Below are positions 38,671 through 51,121 of a DNA stretch of 64,000 nt, piece after piece. The stretch spans positions 101,990,001 to 102,054,000 of the forward strand of contig NC_086373.1 of assembly GCF_036588685.1 (NCBI RefSeq). Reading direction: 5' to 3'. The first letter of the stretch is position 1. Each line of letters starts with the position of its first letter. The notes under the pieces were generated by a model that saw only the letters and a program-made list of their open reading frames with translations, made no database searches and had not been told where the DNA came from. The DNA comes from Mytilus trossulus (lineage: Eukaryota). Made by a program: the position numbers and the translations under genes.

Positions 38671-41600
38671 TCATCTTTATTGTGAAATTTCAAATTGTGA
38701 ATAAAAAAACACATTCTGTATGTGCCTGTCCAAAGCCCGGAGCCTGTAATTCAGTGGTTGTATATATTTTTTTTTTTCACACTTTTGTGCAAAAATTGAG
38801 CCGTTAGTTTTCTCGTATGCACTGACTACATTTGTTATTTCGGTGTGCTTAATAGCGGTGTGGGCTTTTTCATTGTTAAAGGCCGTACGGTGACCTATAG
38901 TTGTTCATTTTTGTTTCGTTTGGTCTCTTGCGAAGAGCTGTTTCAATTCCGCATCTTCTATTTGATATAGAAAGTAATCAAATATAATCAATGGATTATA
39001 GGTTAAGCCTTTTGGCCTGAATCTCAGAGGCGGGTCCAAGGGGGTAATAGATTACCATAGAGTTACATTAAGGCTCAATAATAGGTGTATGCAAGGAACA
39101 TGTAACTGATAGCCATCAATAGTAATACAGTTACTTTAATGTGAAGATATAAAGATGAAGAGACAACACTCAATATTAATAGGTTTGCTTTCTTATGTTT
39201 TTGTGTTTGTTTAATTTTATGCTATAAAGATTATGCTTAAATTCCTCGAACATAACAGTCTTTCTACTGTGGTGCAAAAATCTAAATGATTGATCATGTC
39301 ATTCTGGTTATTATAAACACCTTTAAAGTCTATACTCACTCATATGCATTTCATTCAAATTTTGATTTATTTCACAGAAGACCACAGGGACCATATTTAT
39401 ATTCCCAGTTACCCTTGGCGTCATTGGTAAATTATGGGTTAGCAAAGCATCAATCACCAACCTAACCTTAGACATTTGCTGTGATTCTTCTTTACTGTTG
39501 GTACTTAACAATATATGGACCCTTTTATTTGTTTATGACACGATTACGTAATGGCTGATTGTTGGTTGCTTAACGATCACTTGCAAATATGCCATGCATG
39601 TTCAGGATAAGCACAAAGTAGCAACACAAACATGTAATTCCTGTGAGGAGACCCTCCGGAATTACGTCAGGGACGTTTAGATTGCCACTGGATAAAATGA
39701 TGTATATTTTATAAGGACACAAATGGTGCCTTTCAACAGGCTATTCATAGACCTCTCTTGAAGTTTTTGGAGGGGTTCGTACTGTGTAGTTAGCGTGGTA
39801 CTCTCTTTACACGAGACATTGGATTTTATATTCCCATTCGGACAGTTAGTTTAATTAGTTAGTTTAATCGTTTTTTTCATATTTTTTTTCATATCGGGGC
39901 CTTTTTTAGGCGACTGTATGGTATATGTTTTCCTCATTGTTAAATGTTGTACATTGGACTGTAATAGTTTATACGCCAACTTCATTTAAACTTTGATGGA
40001 CAGTTGTCTCACTGGCCATCACACCACATCTACAAAGCTCCGCATGTAAAAAAAAGTAATAAAAATATTAAAGCAGTTGGAATGCCATCTATGGCATTCG
40101 GCAAATTAAGTTCAACGAGCTCCTTCATGTATGTCTGCTTTCGTCTAGGCGAATTTGGACCAACATCGGCATTTGGAAGAGCCTCAAATTGTGAAAAGGA
40201 AGTCATTAAAGTTTTAATGACTGTACTATACTTTTTGAAACTTTCTTTCCTCTTGAATATATTTATTAACTGTTCATTTCATCTGGAAAAACATTGAAAG
40301 TCTCAATTTTCAATAGAAACATTCCAAGCAGATGTACGCGAGTTACATATTTCAATTTTGGCTGTGTATGACAGATATTTTAAGTTCAACTACTTTGACT
40401 AAGTTAACAGATAAACATTTACAATAAAATACAGAAAAAGGGTCGCCGACACCATCTCGAAAACCTTGACAAGAAAGTGTTTGTCACGGTTTTTGTCAAC
40501 GAACTGTACAGTGATTATTTCAAAACGCACAACGAACGCGACACATTTGGAGGAACGAACAATACAGTCAGAGAAAATTTATTTTGTGTGATATTGCGTT
40601 TATTGTAAGTTCTAGGGCACATTTGAAGGCACGTAGTAATTCAATGTATAGTTATTTAGTATTGCTTAAGGTATTAATACTCAAAGGTGTATTCACGAAA
40701 AGATATTCATCATTGTTTACATCGTAAACCGTATGAAATTGCACCATGTCTGTGCGTTTTGCATCTAGCAGTTTAATCACACGTTTTATACAATATCTAA
40801 AACTTACAACAACTGTATTATTGAATAAAGATACTAACATGCTCATTGACATATTTATATATACTCAAATAAGTTCTAGAGAGGCATTCAAAGTTATTGT
40901 CATCCCAAATGTTGTCCTGATTATCGCTTCGAACGTGTCAACGTCCGGATTCATTTGTATCGGGGTTATACGGGGTGAATATAACCTCTTTAAAATGTAT
41001 CCTTTTATCACATATCATTTTTGTTTACGTCATACTTAATTTTGTCATTTCTATTTAAAAAAAAAGATATGTTTTTTTAATTACTTTCTTTTTTTTATGA
41101 TGTGAAATATCCGGATAATTTTAAACATTTTTAACATTTTACTATGTTTTCAATTTGTATTTGTTAAATAGATATATATTTGTATATATAGTGTCTCATA
41201 AGCCTTTCTAGGCTGGGTATTTGTCTTATTTTATTATTGTGCAATGTATTATATTGTATAATCATGGTACATAATCATGAAACATTGTTTTGTTGGACAA
41301 TATTTCATAAGACATTATTTTGCTTTACAGTTTCACATCGTTTAATTCTAAATATGTCTATATCACTGTCAATTGACTTTTGGTTTTCAAAAAATGTATA
41401 GTTTTTCTTCGATGCATTTTTTGTGGGATTCCTCTTTAAAAGTAAATAACATTACCTCTTCATGTGTCACAGAGATATATATTGATTTAGAAATTAAACC
41501 GTGTTCAATCTTAAAACAGGTTATTTTTAAATGAATAAAATGGCCGAAGTAAGGTGACCATTGGTATTTACCTTGATAATTAAAATAAAATAGTTTAATG

Positions 41601-41858
41601 ATGATGACCGATTTGAAAATTGTTATTTGATATGATTTCTCTTTTTACAACCAAATGATTTTTGAATATTTACTGTTTATTGCATATGAATTATCATGAA
41701 ATAAACTCTATTACATAAGCGTCACGCTACTTTAAAAAATTCGCATGCTTATTATTATATGGAAAAGCTGGTTTGGATTGCCATTTTTGTTTACATAAAG
41801 ATTCGAGAGTTATTATATATTTATATTTGTTGGGTACTTTTGTTGTAATTATTTCGAT

Positions 41859-42080
41859 TTTTATACCTCACCTACGATAGTAGAGGGGCATTATATTTTC
41901 TGGTCTGTGCGTCCGTTCGTTCGTTCGTTCGTCTGTCTATCTGTCCCGCTTCAGGGCCAAGGAAGTTTTATTTGATGAAGTTAAAGTCCAATCGACTTCA
42001 AACATAGATCACATATTCCCTATGATATGACATTTCTAATTTTAATGCCAAATTAGAGTATTTACCTCAATTTCACGGTA
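41859..42080 (+). repeat. Partial Helentron/DINE-like element
   Basis: ttttatacctcacctacgatagtagaggggcattat..., (ttcg)n and one core repeat. Confidence 0.65.
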
Positions 42081-42431
42081 ATTGTCTATGATATTTGTTC
42101 TGGTGGTTTTTTTTTGTAATTTCATGCTGGTTTTTAAAATACTGAAATGAATCTATCGGTTCATTTCATTGGCGTTCTTTTAACAAAAAACAACATTCAA
42201 CTGATGCATAAAAACTTGAATTGTGTAAAAAATTGATTAACTTAAACATAATTAAAAGATATAAGTTTCTAAGATATGAAATTTAATGTTCACAAATAAA
42301 TAATAAAACAGGTCAATCTGCATAATCAACAATCAAGAAATTACACCATTATCTTTTAGAAGATCGAATCGCAAAATCACTTTCAGATTAAATTTGCTTT
42401 TACATAACTCCTGAATAAACAAAAAGATACC

Positions 42432-45022
42432 TATTATAAATAATGTAAACATAAACTATGTTTCATAAATACTATTCTATCAAGTATTTCAATAACAATG
42501 CAATTTGACCTAGATTTATATGAAAAAGAATCCTTAGAAGTGTATTATATAGACTCTTTAACACTGAAATGTTCCAACGTTTTACATTTTGATTCTGTTA
42601 GTGACCAAGATATTACCGTGACCATATGTCTTTTGTACACTTAGTCACAAATAACAAGAAAGGTCACAACATTGAACATGGCGTATTTCGTCGAGATCAA
42701 ATGTAATCCGACAATCATTTTTTTGTTAAATCAAAATGAACATAATCACTATCACAGATGAGATAGTCATTTCATTTAAAGAATACAAAATGGATTTCAC
42801 ACTCCAAATAAAAAGATATTTTTATATCGGTTTACATTTTTGAAACTGTATTGTATGCTGGCGGAGGAGCATTATATGTGTAGCCAGCAAACGCATGCGC
42901 TGATGGAGTATGACCATTTCCGGTTTGTTGTGTAGGTTGACTTCCTGTTTGTTGAGTGGGATAGCTTCCTGTTAGTGGTTGAGCATAGTTTCCTGCTGGT
43001 TGTGATGCAGTAGGTGACTGAAATTGTCCCATCCTTACTAAAATGCAAAAGTAGGTAAATGTACACTGTAACAGTTTATGATTCACAAAAATAGATAGTT
43101 ATTTACCTTGAAAGTGAATGATACCAACCCCAAAAACAAAATAAAACAAAAACAAAAACAAACAAAACCCAAGTCAAAGTAAATTGTAGCTACCACGTGA
43201 TTTATAGTAAATGCATAACTAAATCTATATTGAAATGTTTTAACATTTTGTGCAACGTGTACAATCAGATTGTAATTATGATTTTTTACCCAATAAAACT
43301 TCCAATAAGGGACGACATCAAAAGATCAACGAAGGATGAAAAACTTAAATCAAATAGTTTGGGGGTAGGGGTCAAATTGCTGCAAGTTTTGTATGAATTG
43401 ACATCGTTTTATCATATATCCTTATTGGTCAATAAATTTTCCCCAAATTAAATTTATAGGGGGGTAGGGGGGGGGGGGGGGTGGGCGGGTCAGTTAAAAA
43501 ATATATTAGTTAAGTTTTTCTATCCTTAATTGAACTTTTGATGTCGTCCCTAATGACTATCATTTATGAATATAATCTTACCTCCAGTACCTCGGTTCAT
43601 GACCTGTCCAGGTGATCTTTTTCCTTTACAGGCAATACACAATATTACTCCAATAACGACACATATTACCAAAATACCACCAACAACGCTACCTATTATT
43701 ATTCCGATGGTTGTATAGTCTGAAATCAAATTATTTGAGTCGTTACCAAACGAGTCTACATTTATACACAATTTCATAACTACGTTAAAACTGAAGTTTG
43801 AACAATCAGATTATAAAGATATAACAATAACTGAGTTGGGTCAAGTCCTCGCCTTTGACTATAAATAATTAGCATGGTTTTTTTTCGCTGAACACTTAAA
43901 TTTTGTCTTTGATCGATTTTTCAAATCTCCTGATCTTATCATACATGGATGTATATTTTGTGTTTTTTTAACCATATTATACTAAATTTAATTAATAATA
44001 GGTGAATTTCCATTCAGTTTAAGCTACACTCGCGAAGTTCACACCTCTTCAAAACTAACAATGCCTAGTTGTTTTTAAATATGTATAATTTTAAATCTGA
44101 TAATCTACAACCATGTCAAATGCCCTGGTATTTTATCAATATTTCTACTCTTCAAGTATCGTGTCTTAAAAAAGAAGATGAAAAAATTCAAGAGCAAACT
44201 GCTTGAGACAGCTAAGAATAATATATATACTGAAAAATAACGTCCGTGAAGTGCGACCTTCAACTTCAAATTGCATTATAAGTTAATGAAGGAAACTGTA
44301 GTCATGTTGTAACTTACAATTGTATGTCATTACAGCTTCAACTGTCAGTTTCACTTGAACATTCTGCAGATTTCTTGAACTTTCGGGTTGTAGATAGATG
44401 TACATATATTCATCTTGTTCTCCACAATATTTCGTCGTTGGTTTGTCAAAACATGTATACGTCTAATAAAAACAAAAACAATAGATGACTAAAAATAAAA
44501 AATCCAAACGAGGACTAAAATCATCTTTGTAAACAAAGTAAGCTTACGCATAAATTTAATCTACATGCCACTTAAAAACATAAAAAATAAAACTGGGTAT
44601 AAAATGATGCTTGATTGAACAAGTGAAGAGTTCGGTCATAAAAACAAGCAAATCGGAAACATTTTTCGGAATTTAGGACACTAATGTTGAATATTCAATT
44701 TGTAATAGCAAATATTAATTTTCCTTCAGTGGGCCATGCACTCTGTGATATCGTGATTGCTTCCCCTGATCACTGTTCAGTGTTCAAGACATCTTAGCAA
44801 ACTTTGCTTTAGAAAAAAATCGTCAGCATGTTTAAGCCTTTGTTTATCGGTTTTATTTACGGCTATTACACAGAACCTGATGTATTGGTGTTGCATGTTG
44901 AATTAACACCTAGTCGATCAGCTTTTCTTTTGTGTGCCGTAAAAGGTTGACCTAATATCTCCGCTTAGCAGCAATATACTAAATAAACATGAGTATTGAA
45001 TATACATTTCACAACTCGTTCG
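42432..45022. repeat. Segmental/tandem duplication, copy 1 (copy 2 at about 61622-63918)
   Basis: Exons 3-5, introns and 3' UTR are colinear and highly similar between the two regions. Confidence 0.92.
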
Positions 45023-48000
45023 GTATTCACGAGTAGCTGCTACTTACACTTTATATAAAACTTAATCAGTGTTCTGAGCACAATTTGACGACGTAGGGTT
45101 ATGTCAAAGAACGTTTCGTTTTTTATTAAAATAATGCATCGAAAAATACCAAGACCTTTTTGATATAAATTCCCTGTAAATGATTGTCTTGAAGTATTTA
45201 TTGTATGTTCTAACAATGATTATCATGGTAATTACGTGTTAAAAAATTCTTTTGTTTGTCTTTGCACATTAATGACCTTTAAAGTTTGATCTATTTTGGG
45301 TAATATCCTTTTGGCTTGGCTTGATATTCACCACACAATGAAAACAACGTGCCATATTTTGGTAATATTTTTGATTCAACGATGGGGACTTTGCATAAAA
45401 AATAAACTCAAAAACCAGTTGTTGGTATATAAATAAAGGATGATATTCATCTAATTAATAAGTTCATGATGATATGAAACTTAACCCCTAAAGGTCTGAC
45501 AAATTTCGTTGACGAATATAGTCCCAAGTGTTGATAGTGTGTTACTGGCCATTTTTTTTTTACCCCTTTCTTATTTATTTCTTCATTCTTAATGCGTCAA
45601 ATAGCAAGCAGGGAACAAACTTACACTGTTAAAAAAATTGGGTCATGAATTTTAAAGTGAAGTAGTGATTTGGTCCAGCTATAAATTGGCGTTTAAGAAG
45701 CTGTCAAAGGACGTCAAGACCCCCTGAACATAAAATTGTCCATATTTTGAGATTGAGTCGATGAAGTTTTCTATAATTTTGATATAATTTGTCCCAAAAG
45801 TAGTACAAAACACTGTAAAAATAATTTTGAGAGGCGCAGGTGGGATTTTTTTAATTTTTGTCTAAAAGAAATGCGCTACGAAATAAATGTTCGGACCTAA
45901 AGGAACACTAAAGTTATCTATTCAATTATCTGACTCGGACTTCTTTTAAACTGAGGTCTACATTAGCTAGCGGTATATGGGGAGGGTTATGATCTAAGTA
46001 AATAAAGGCAACAGTGGTATACCGCTGTTCAAAACTCATAAATCCAAGGACAAAAAACAAAATCGGGGTAACAAACTAAAACTCAGGGAAACGCTTTAAA
46101 TATAAGAGGAGAACAACGACGCAACAGAAACGGACTAAGCATTAGACAAAATCCTATGAGAACAACACATATAACATCAAAACAAAATACATGAATTTGG
46201 GATAGATAAGTACCGTGACACGTCTTAAAAAAATGAGGGAAAACAAACGACACAACGGAAACACAACGTTAAAATGTAACACACATAGAAAATACCTATA
46301 ATATAACAATTGCCATATTCCTGACTTGGTACAGGCATGAATTTCACTTAAGTTCATATATTTGTTTTGAAGTTAAGTATGACGTCCATTTTCTCTATAT
46401 TTTTTTTATTTTGGGGCTAGCTGAACCCTCTCTATGGATGCGGGATTTTCTCGCTGTGTTGAAGACCCGTTGGTGGCCTTCGATTGTTTTCTACTCTTTG
46501 GTCGGATTGTTGTCTCTTTGAAACATTCCCCATTTCCATTCTCAATTTGATACTGTACCCTAATGTTTTACATTTTTACCTGAGATGTCAAGTTTGTTTT
46601 TCCACACAATATGTTCAAAATAGTGGAATTGTATGCGACTTTTATACCAGTGAGAGGTTTAGCTAGCTATGACACAAGGTTTAATCCACTTTTTTGTACA
46701 CAGGAAAATGCTTGAACCAAGTCAGGCATATGGCAGTGGTTTTTAATTCAATTGATATGATCGAGCTTTTGATTTTGCCATTTGATAAGGGACTTTCTGC
46801 TTTGTATTTCCCTTGATGTTCGGTAATTTGATGGTTGCAAATGTTTGTTCTACTCGTTGCAGGATGTTAAATCATGTTGTTGTGGCATCTTTTTTATATT
46901 ATTTTATGTTTCTAAACCTTAGTCAAGTTTACTACACAAGATCTAGTATTATTCAAAGTTATCACTACAAACAACATGTATTTTACTGTATGGTTAATTT
47001 TAAAATCCTATACAAAAAATACACACATATCATCTGCATGCTTTTCTCTCTACATACCAAAAAAACTCATCATGTGTTATATGCAATCTGAGTCAAAACC
47101 GACGAAATTATGCAATCAAATCACGTTGAAATGTAGATGTTGATATAGCCTGGGAGCCTATGAAAGATCTTGACAAAGAGGAATTTGTAAAAAATCATTT
47201 GAATCTCATATTTGCATTTTTAACGTTGCTGGGCTTCATTTAAGATTTGAAATCAAGTTTATGTATTGATGCTTTGGTATATGCTTGTAATGGTAGGTCA
47301 TGTCTGAAGTCTTGAAAAGCAACACGACCAGACAGACTACGGTATATATTAACGAGACTGTAGATTAGGAACAGAATGACATTATAGAATTAATTCTTCA
47401 AGACTTTTTAGCTGAAAGTAAATTGTTGAGTATATTACATATATATGAATATGAAAACAGGTGTAGTTCTGATCTTATAAATACCTCTAATGATGAACCA
47501 TCATAACTCTCCCTGTAAGATAACTCAACTGCACAATCAGGGTCCTCGTACACTTCCGGTGTTATACAGATCTCATATTCATTCAGATATCCATCATCTC
47601 TTCCGACAAAAGACATGTAATTACACCAACTGTCTATATCATGTAGTCCATTGTATACAATTGTTATTGATTTGTCTTCGTTTATATGTTTAAGGGACAC
47701 AGAACAGTCTTGTCCGAATGTATCTGAATAATACAGTTGTGATAAGTAAACGCTGATTTTTTTTTTTAATTAAATATTTATTTACAGTAGTAATACGCAT
47801 TTTTTTTAAATTTTATGTTACAATTGCATATAATTAAAAAGAAAGAAAATACGAAACTATAAATATAACCAGTGATTATATTTGTTTCACATTATGAAAT
47901 TCGTATCAGTTTAGTTGATTGGTCTATTTTTCATATCACGAAGACGGAAAAAATAAGCATCAAATGTTTCCTTATCATACCTAGCTGTATACAATATTAT

Positions 48001-48245
48001 ACAATAAGAACTATAATACGGAATTTATAGTTGCATTGAAGACCTGTTGATGACCTTCTGCTGTTGTCTGCTCTATGGTCGGGTTGTTGTCTCTTTGGCA
48101 CATTCCCCATTTCAATTCTCAATTTTTTAATAGCAAATTATAAATACAATTAAAGAAAAAAAAATTTCTTACATGTCTTTTCACTTTTTCCAAATACTGC
48201 TGTAAGACAATTTAGAAGAGACACAGTTGTGAACAGCAGTTTCAT
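42832..48245 (-). CDS. Paralog B: intact single-pass membrane protein (about 266 aa; signal peptide, Cys-containing CUB-like ectodomain, TM, Q/T/P-rich tail with PPxY). Exons 48245-48173, 47723-47485, 44462-44318, 43719-43582, 43037-42832.
   Basis: All junctions are GT-AG with phases 1,0,1,1 and there are no internal stops: MKLLFTTVSLLNCLTAVFGKSEKT/YTFGQDC...GSSLE/TYTCFDKP...MTYN/YYTTIGIIIGSVVGGILVICVVIGVILCIACKGKR...GTG/VRMGQFQSP...YNAPPPAYNTVSKM*. The CUB-like assignment is a guess from Cys spacing and beta-strand pattern. Confidence 0.88.
45925..46830. repeat. Cluster of nested 3'-tail fragments of Penelope-type repeats
   Basis: 45930-45995 and 46370-46547 match the Naiad pLTR. 45998-46140 matches 50829-50967 inverted. 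46650-46800 carries the ccaagtcagg motif family. Confidence 0.65.
48032..48126 (+). repeat. Extreme 3' end of the Sec-Naiad family (about 95 bp)
   Basis: cattgaagacctgttg...ttccccatttcaattctcaatttt matches 6457-6550. Confidence 0.8.
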
Positions 48246-48759
48246 CTTGTCACCTGAAACAAAAAACTGAAGTAAAGTTATAAAATAGTCTTCATTGAAA
48301 TGATTTTTTCAACTAAGATACACTTAGTATGACATATGTAAAGTAAGTTGCAGCTGTAGTTAATTAAAAAATAAATTAAAAAAATGCATAAAGAGGTTGT
48401 AAATTAAGATAAAGCGTAATAAATTTCGTCCGTCTGAAACTACTTTGTGGATTAAACTTCATCTCGAACGCTCAAACTAAAACATTTGAAAGCTATGAAA
48501 AAAAGTAAATTTGTATAATCGTTAGGAATTATATGACCAAAAGGGGAATATTGCCTATTAGACAACCACTCATGGATGACTTAGACAACCATTCATGGAT
48601 AACAAAATATGAATAATTACGGGTCACTTTGAGATCTTTTAACAACAAATTCTCTGAGACTTAAATATGGAACACTACACATTCAACAGACATTGTGAAA
48701 AGACACAATATGCAGTCCAAATAAAGAATGCACATATCTAATTTCAAATTTAAATATCG

Positions 48760-49035
48760 ATGGAGTTAAAAACCCATAAATGATAATTGACGCATTCAAA
48801 GCCGTGCATGAACTTGCTCTTTCGTTACTTAGTGAACTCGTATTTTTTTACAAACAGACACGATCGTTGCGATCTGAAAATGATGCTTTGATTGAGATGC
48901 CAAAAAATGCACGGACCAAAATGTATGGTGAACGGATTTTCGATGAGGCCACAGGGAAAAGCCTTCCTGCAAATCCTCGAAATGAACAATCACTTAAGCT
49001 ATTTAAAATGAACTAAAGATGTTTTTAATCAAAGT
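48760..49035 (+). mobile_element. LINE (L2/CR1-group) 3' terminal fragment
   Basis: FKAVHELA.SLLSELV.FYKQTRSLRS...P...RTKMYGERIF...LP...RN..SL..FK, a typical C-terminus. Confidence 0.55.
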
Positions 49036-49760
49036 TGCATTTGTGGATCGCTCATAGTATGAACCTTGAACCGTGATTGATTGTGTTTGACTGAAGTTGA
49101 CTTGCTGTTATAATATTTTGTACATTTTAGTTTGATTTGTTTTGTTTTTGTCTATTTTGATATGAGTTGATTTTTTGTAGTAACATAATTTATAAAAACA
49201 AAATAGTAGTAGCATATCAGCAATTTTGAATTGATTAAGTTTAGGCAACAGTTGTTGAAATGTTTACTAATTAATTGATAATTCTTTTAATCCACTTTTA
49301 ACCTTTTTGGTTTTGATGAGTCTTATTTTATTTTACTAGTAGCTGATTTAATTTTGTATGTTTTAAGACGTATCGAACTTAGTAGTTTCGTGTATGTACA
49401 ATGTACGTGTATATATTGTAACATTTGAAGCGCTTAGAGTAATTTAAGTGTTATATAATGCGCTTTTAACATGTTCGAAATATTAATTGATAACCAGATA
49501 GTATTTGAAGAAATGAAATAAAAAACAACTAACTATAAAATAATTGTTTTTAGAAAGAATGTTCAAATAGCTTTGGTGTTACCATAATGTAAAACAGACA
49601 ATCCTTCAGAATAATCTCCATAATGGAATCAATACAGCTTGTGTATCATGGGCCGATCAGAATCTTTAGATATATCGAAACTTTTTATTCCAAAATTAGT
49701 GTAGTTTATGAGAAACAAATTGTAACAAAAATCTGATTTGATAATCTATCAGTTATTCAT

Positions 49761-51121
49761 ATAAAATTGAGAATAGAAATGGGGAATGTATCAAAGATAC
49801 AACAACTCGACCATAGAAAAAACAACAACAGACGGTCACCAACAGGTCCTCAATATAACTAGAAATTCCCGCATCCGGAGGCGTCCTTCAGCTGGTCGCT
49901 AAACAAATATATACTAGTTTAGTGATAATGAACGACATACTAATTTCCAAATTGTACACAAGAAACTAAAATTGAAAAAGTACAATACTAACAAAGACCA
50001 GAGGCTCCTGACTTGGGACAAGCGCAAAAATGCGGCGGGGTCAATCATATTTATGAGATCTCAACCCTCCTCCTATACCTCTAGCAAATGTAGAAAAGTA
50101 AACGCATAACAATACGTACATTTAAAACTCAATTCAAGAGAAGTCCAAGTCTGATGTCAGAAGATGTAACCAAAGAAAAAAAAAAAAAATGACTATTATG
50201 AATAAATACCAACAGACTACTAGCAGTTAGCTGACATGCCAGCTCCAGACTTCAATTAAACTGATTGAAAGATTATGATTTCATCATATAAATATCAGGC
50301 ACAATCCTTCCCGTTAGGGGTTTAGTATTATACCATCATGACATATATGAGAAGAACATAACCCGTGTCATGCCAACAATGTCTTTTTTTTTAATAAATG
50401 TGTTTAGTTCCGATGCAAAGACCCTTTAAGTGAATCAATATTAACACCACAATATACAATTTTTAATGACCTTACAACAGTATCGTAAATATATCCCTTA
50501 TTTATAAGTCTATTTAAAGGTTTTGTTTGTTTCTGCGATGAATACTGACATTTTTGTGCTTTATAAAGAATATTTCAATAAAAAATTGGATGTGAAATAC
50601 CTAAACGTATAAGAAGTCTACATGGTGAGCTATATTTACGAATGATGTCCTTAATTCAAGAGAAGTCCAAGTCTGATGTCAGAAGATGTAACCAAAGAAA
50701 ATAAACAAAATGACTATTATGAATAAATACCAACAGACTACTAGCAGTTAGCTGACATGCCAGCTCCAGACTTCAATTAAACTGATTGAAAGATTATGAT
50801 TTCATCATAAGAATATCAGGCACAATCCTGTGTGTTGCGTTTCGGTGTTGTGTCGTTGTTCTCATATATTTAATGCGTTTCCCTCGGTTTTAGTTTGTTA
50901 CCCCGATTTTGTTTTTTGTCCATGGATTTATGAGTTTTGAACAGCGGTATACTACTGTTGCCTTTATTTATACCGATGTGTAAAATTTAGTAAATGTTTT
51001 GACTAGTTTGTGATATCGAAAACCCTGGTGTAGTAATTTTTCAGTAATACATAATTTTTTCTCGTTAAATTCTAAAACCTTGTTACATACACAAGCGAAT
51101 CGTACAAGTTGAGATATAACA
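49761..51121 (-). mobile_element. Older 5'-truncated copy of the Sec-Naiad family, inverted, with internal duplication and insertion
   Basis: 49761-50650 is the reverse complement of the pLTR. 50651-50828 duplicates 50130-50306. A foreign repeat occupies 50829-50967. 50968-51121 encodes ISQLVRFACVCNKVLEFNEKKLCITEKLLHQGFRYHKLVKTFTKFY. Confidence 0.9.
50281..50350 (-). promoter_or_regulatory. SECIS copy in the diverged Naiad fragment
   Basis: Minus strand reads catatatgtc-ATGAT-ggtataatact-AAA-c-ccc-taac-ggg-a-aggattgtgcc-TGAT-atttatatgatga. Core and AAA are retained. Confidence 0.75.

Noticed and set aside
40020-40280. Open minus-strand frame (NEQLINIFKRKESFKKYSTV...) as an exon
   Set aside because: No recognisable homology, no consistent splice partners and a stop next to the candidate acceptor.
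43459-43490. G-rich tract (also 56284-56304) as a functional G-quadruplex
   Set aside because: Simple homopolymer runs. The one at 43459 is absent from the duplicated paralog C intron, and run length may be a sequencing artefact.
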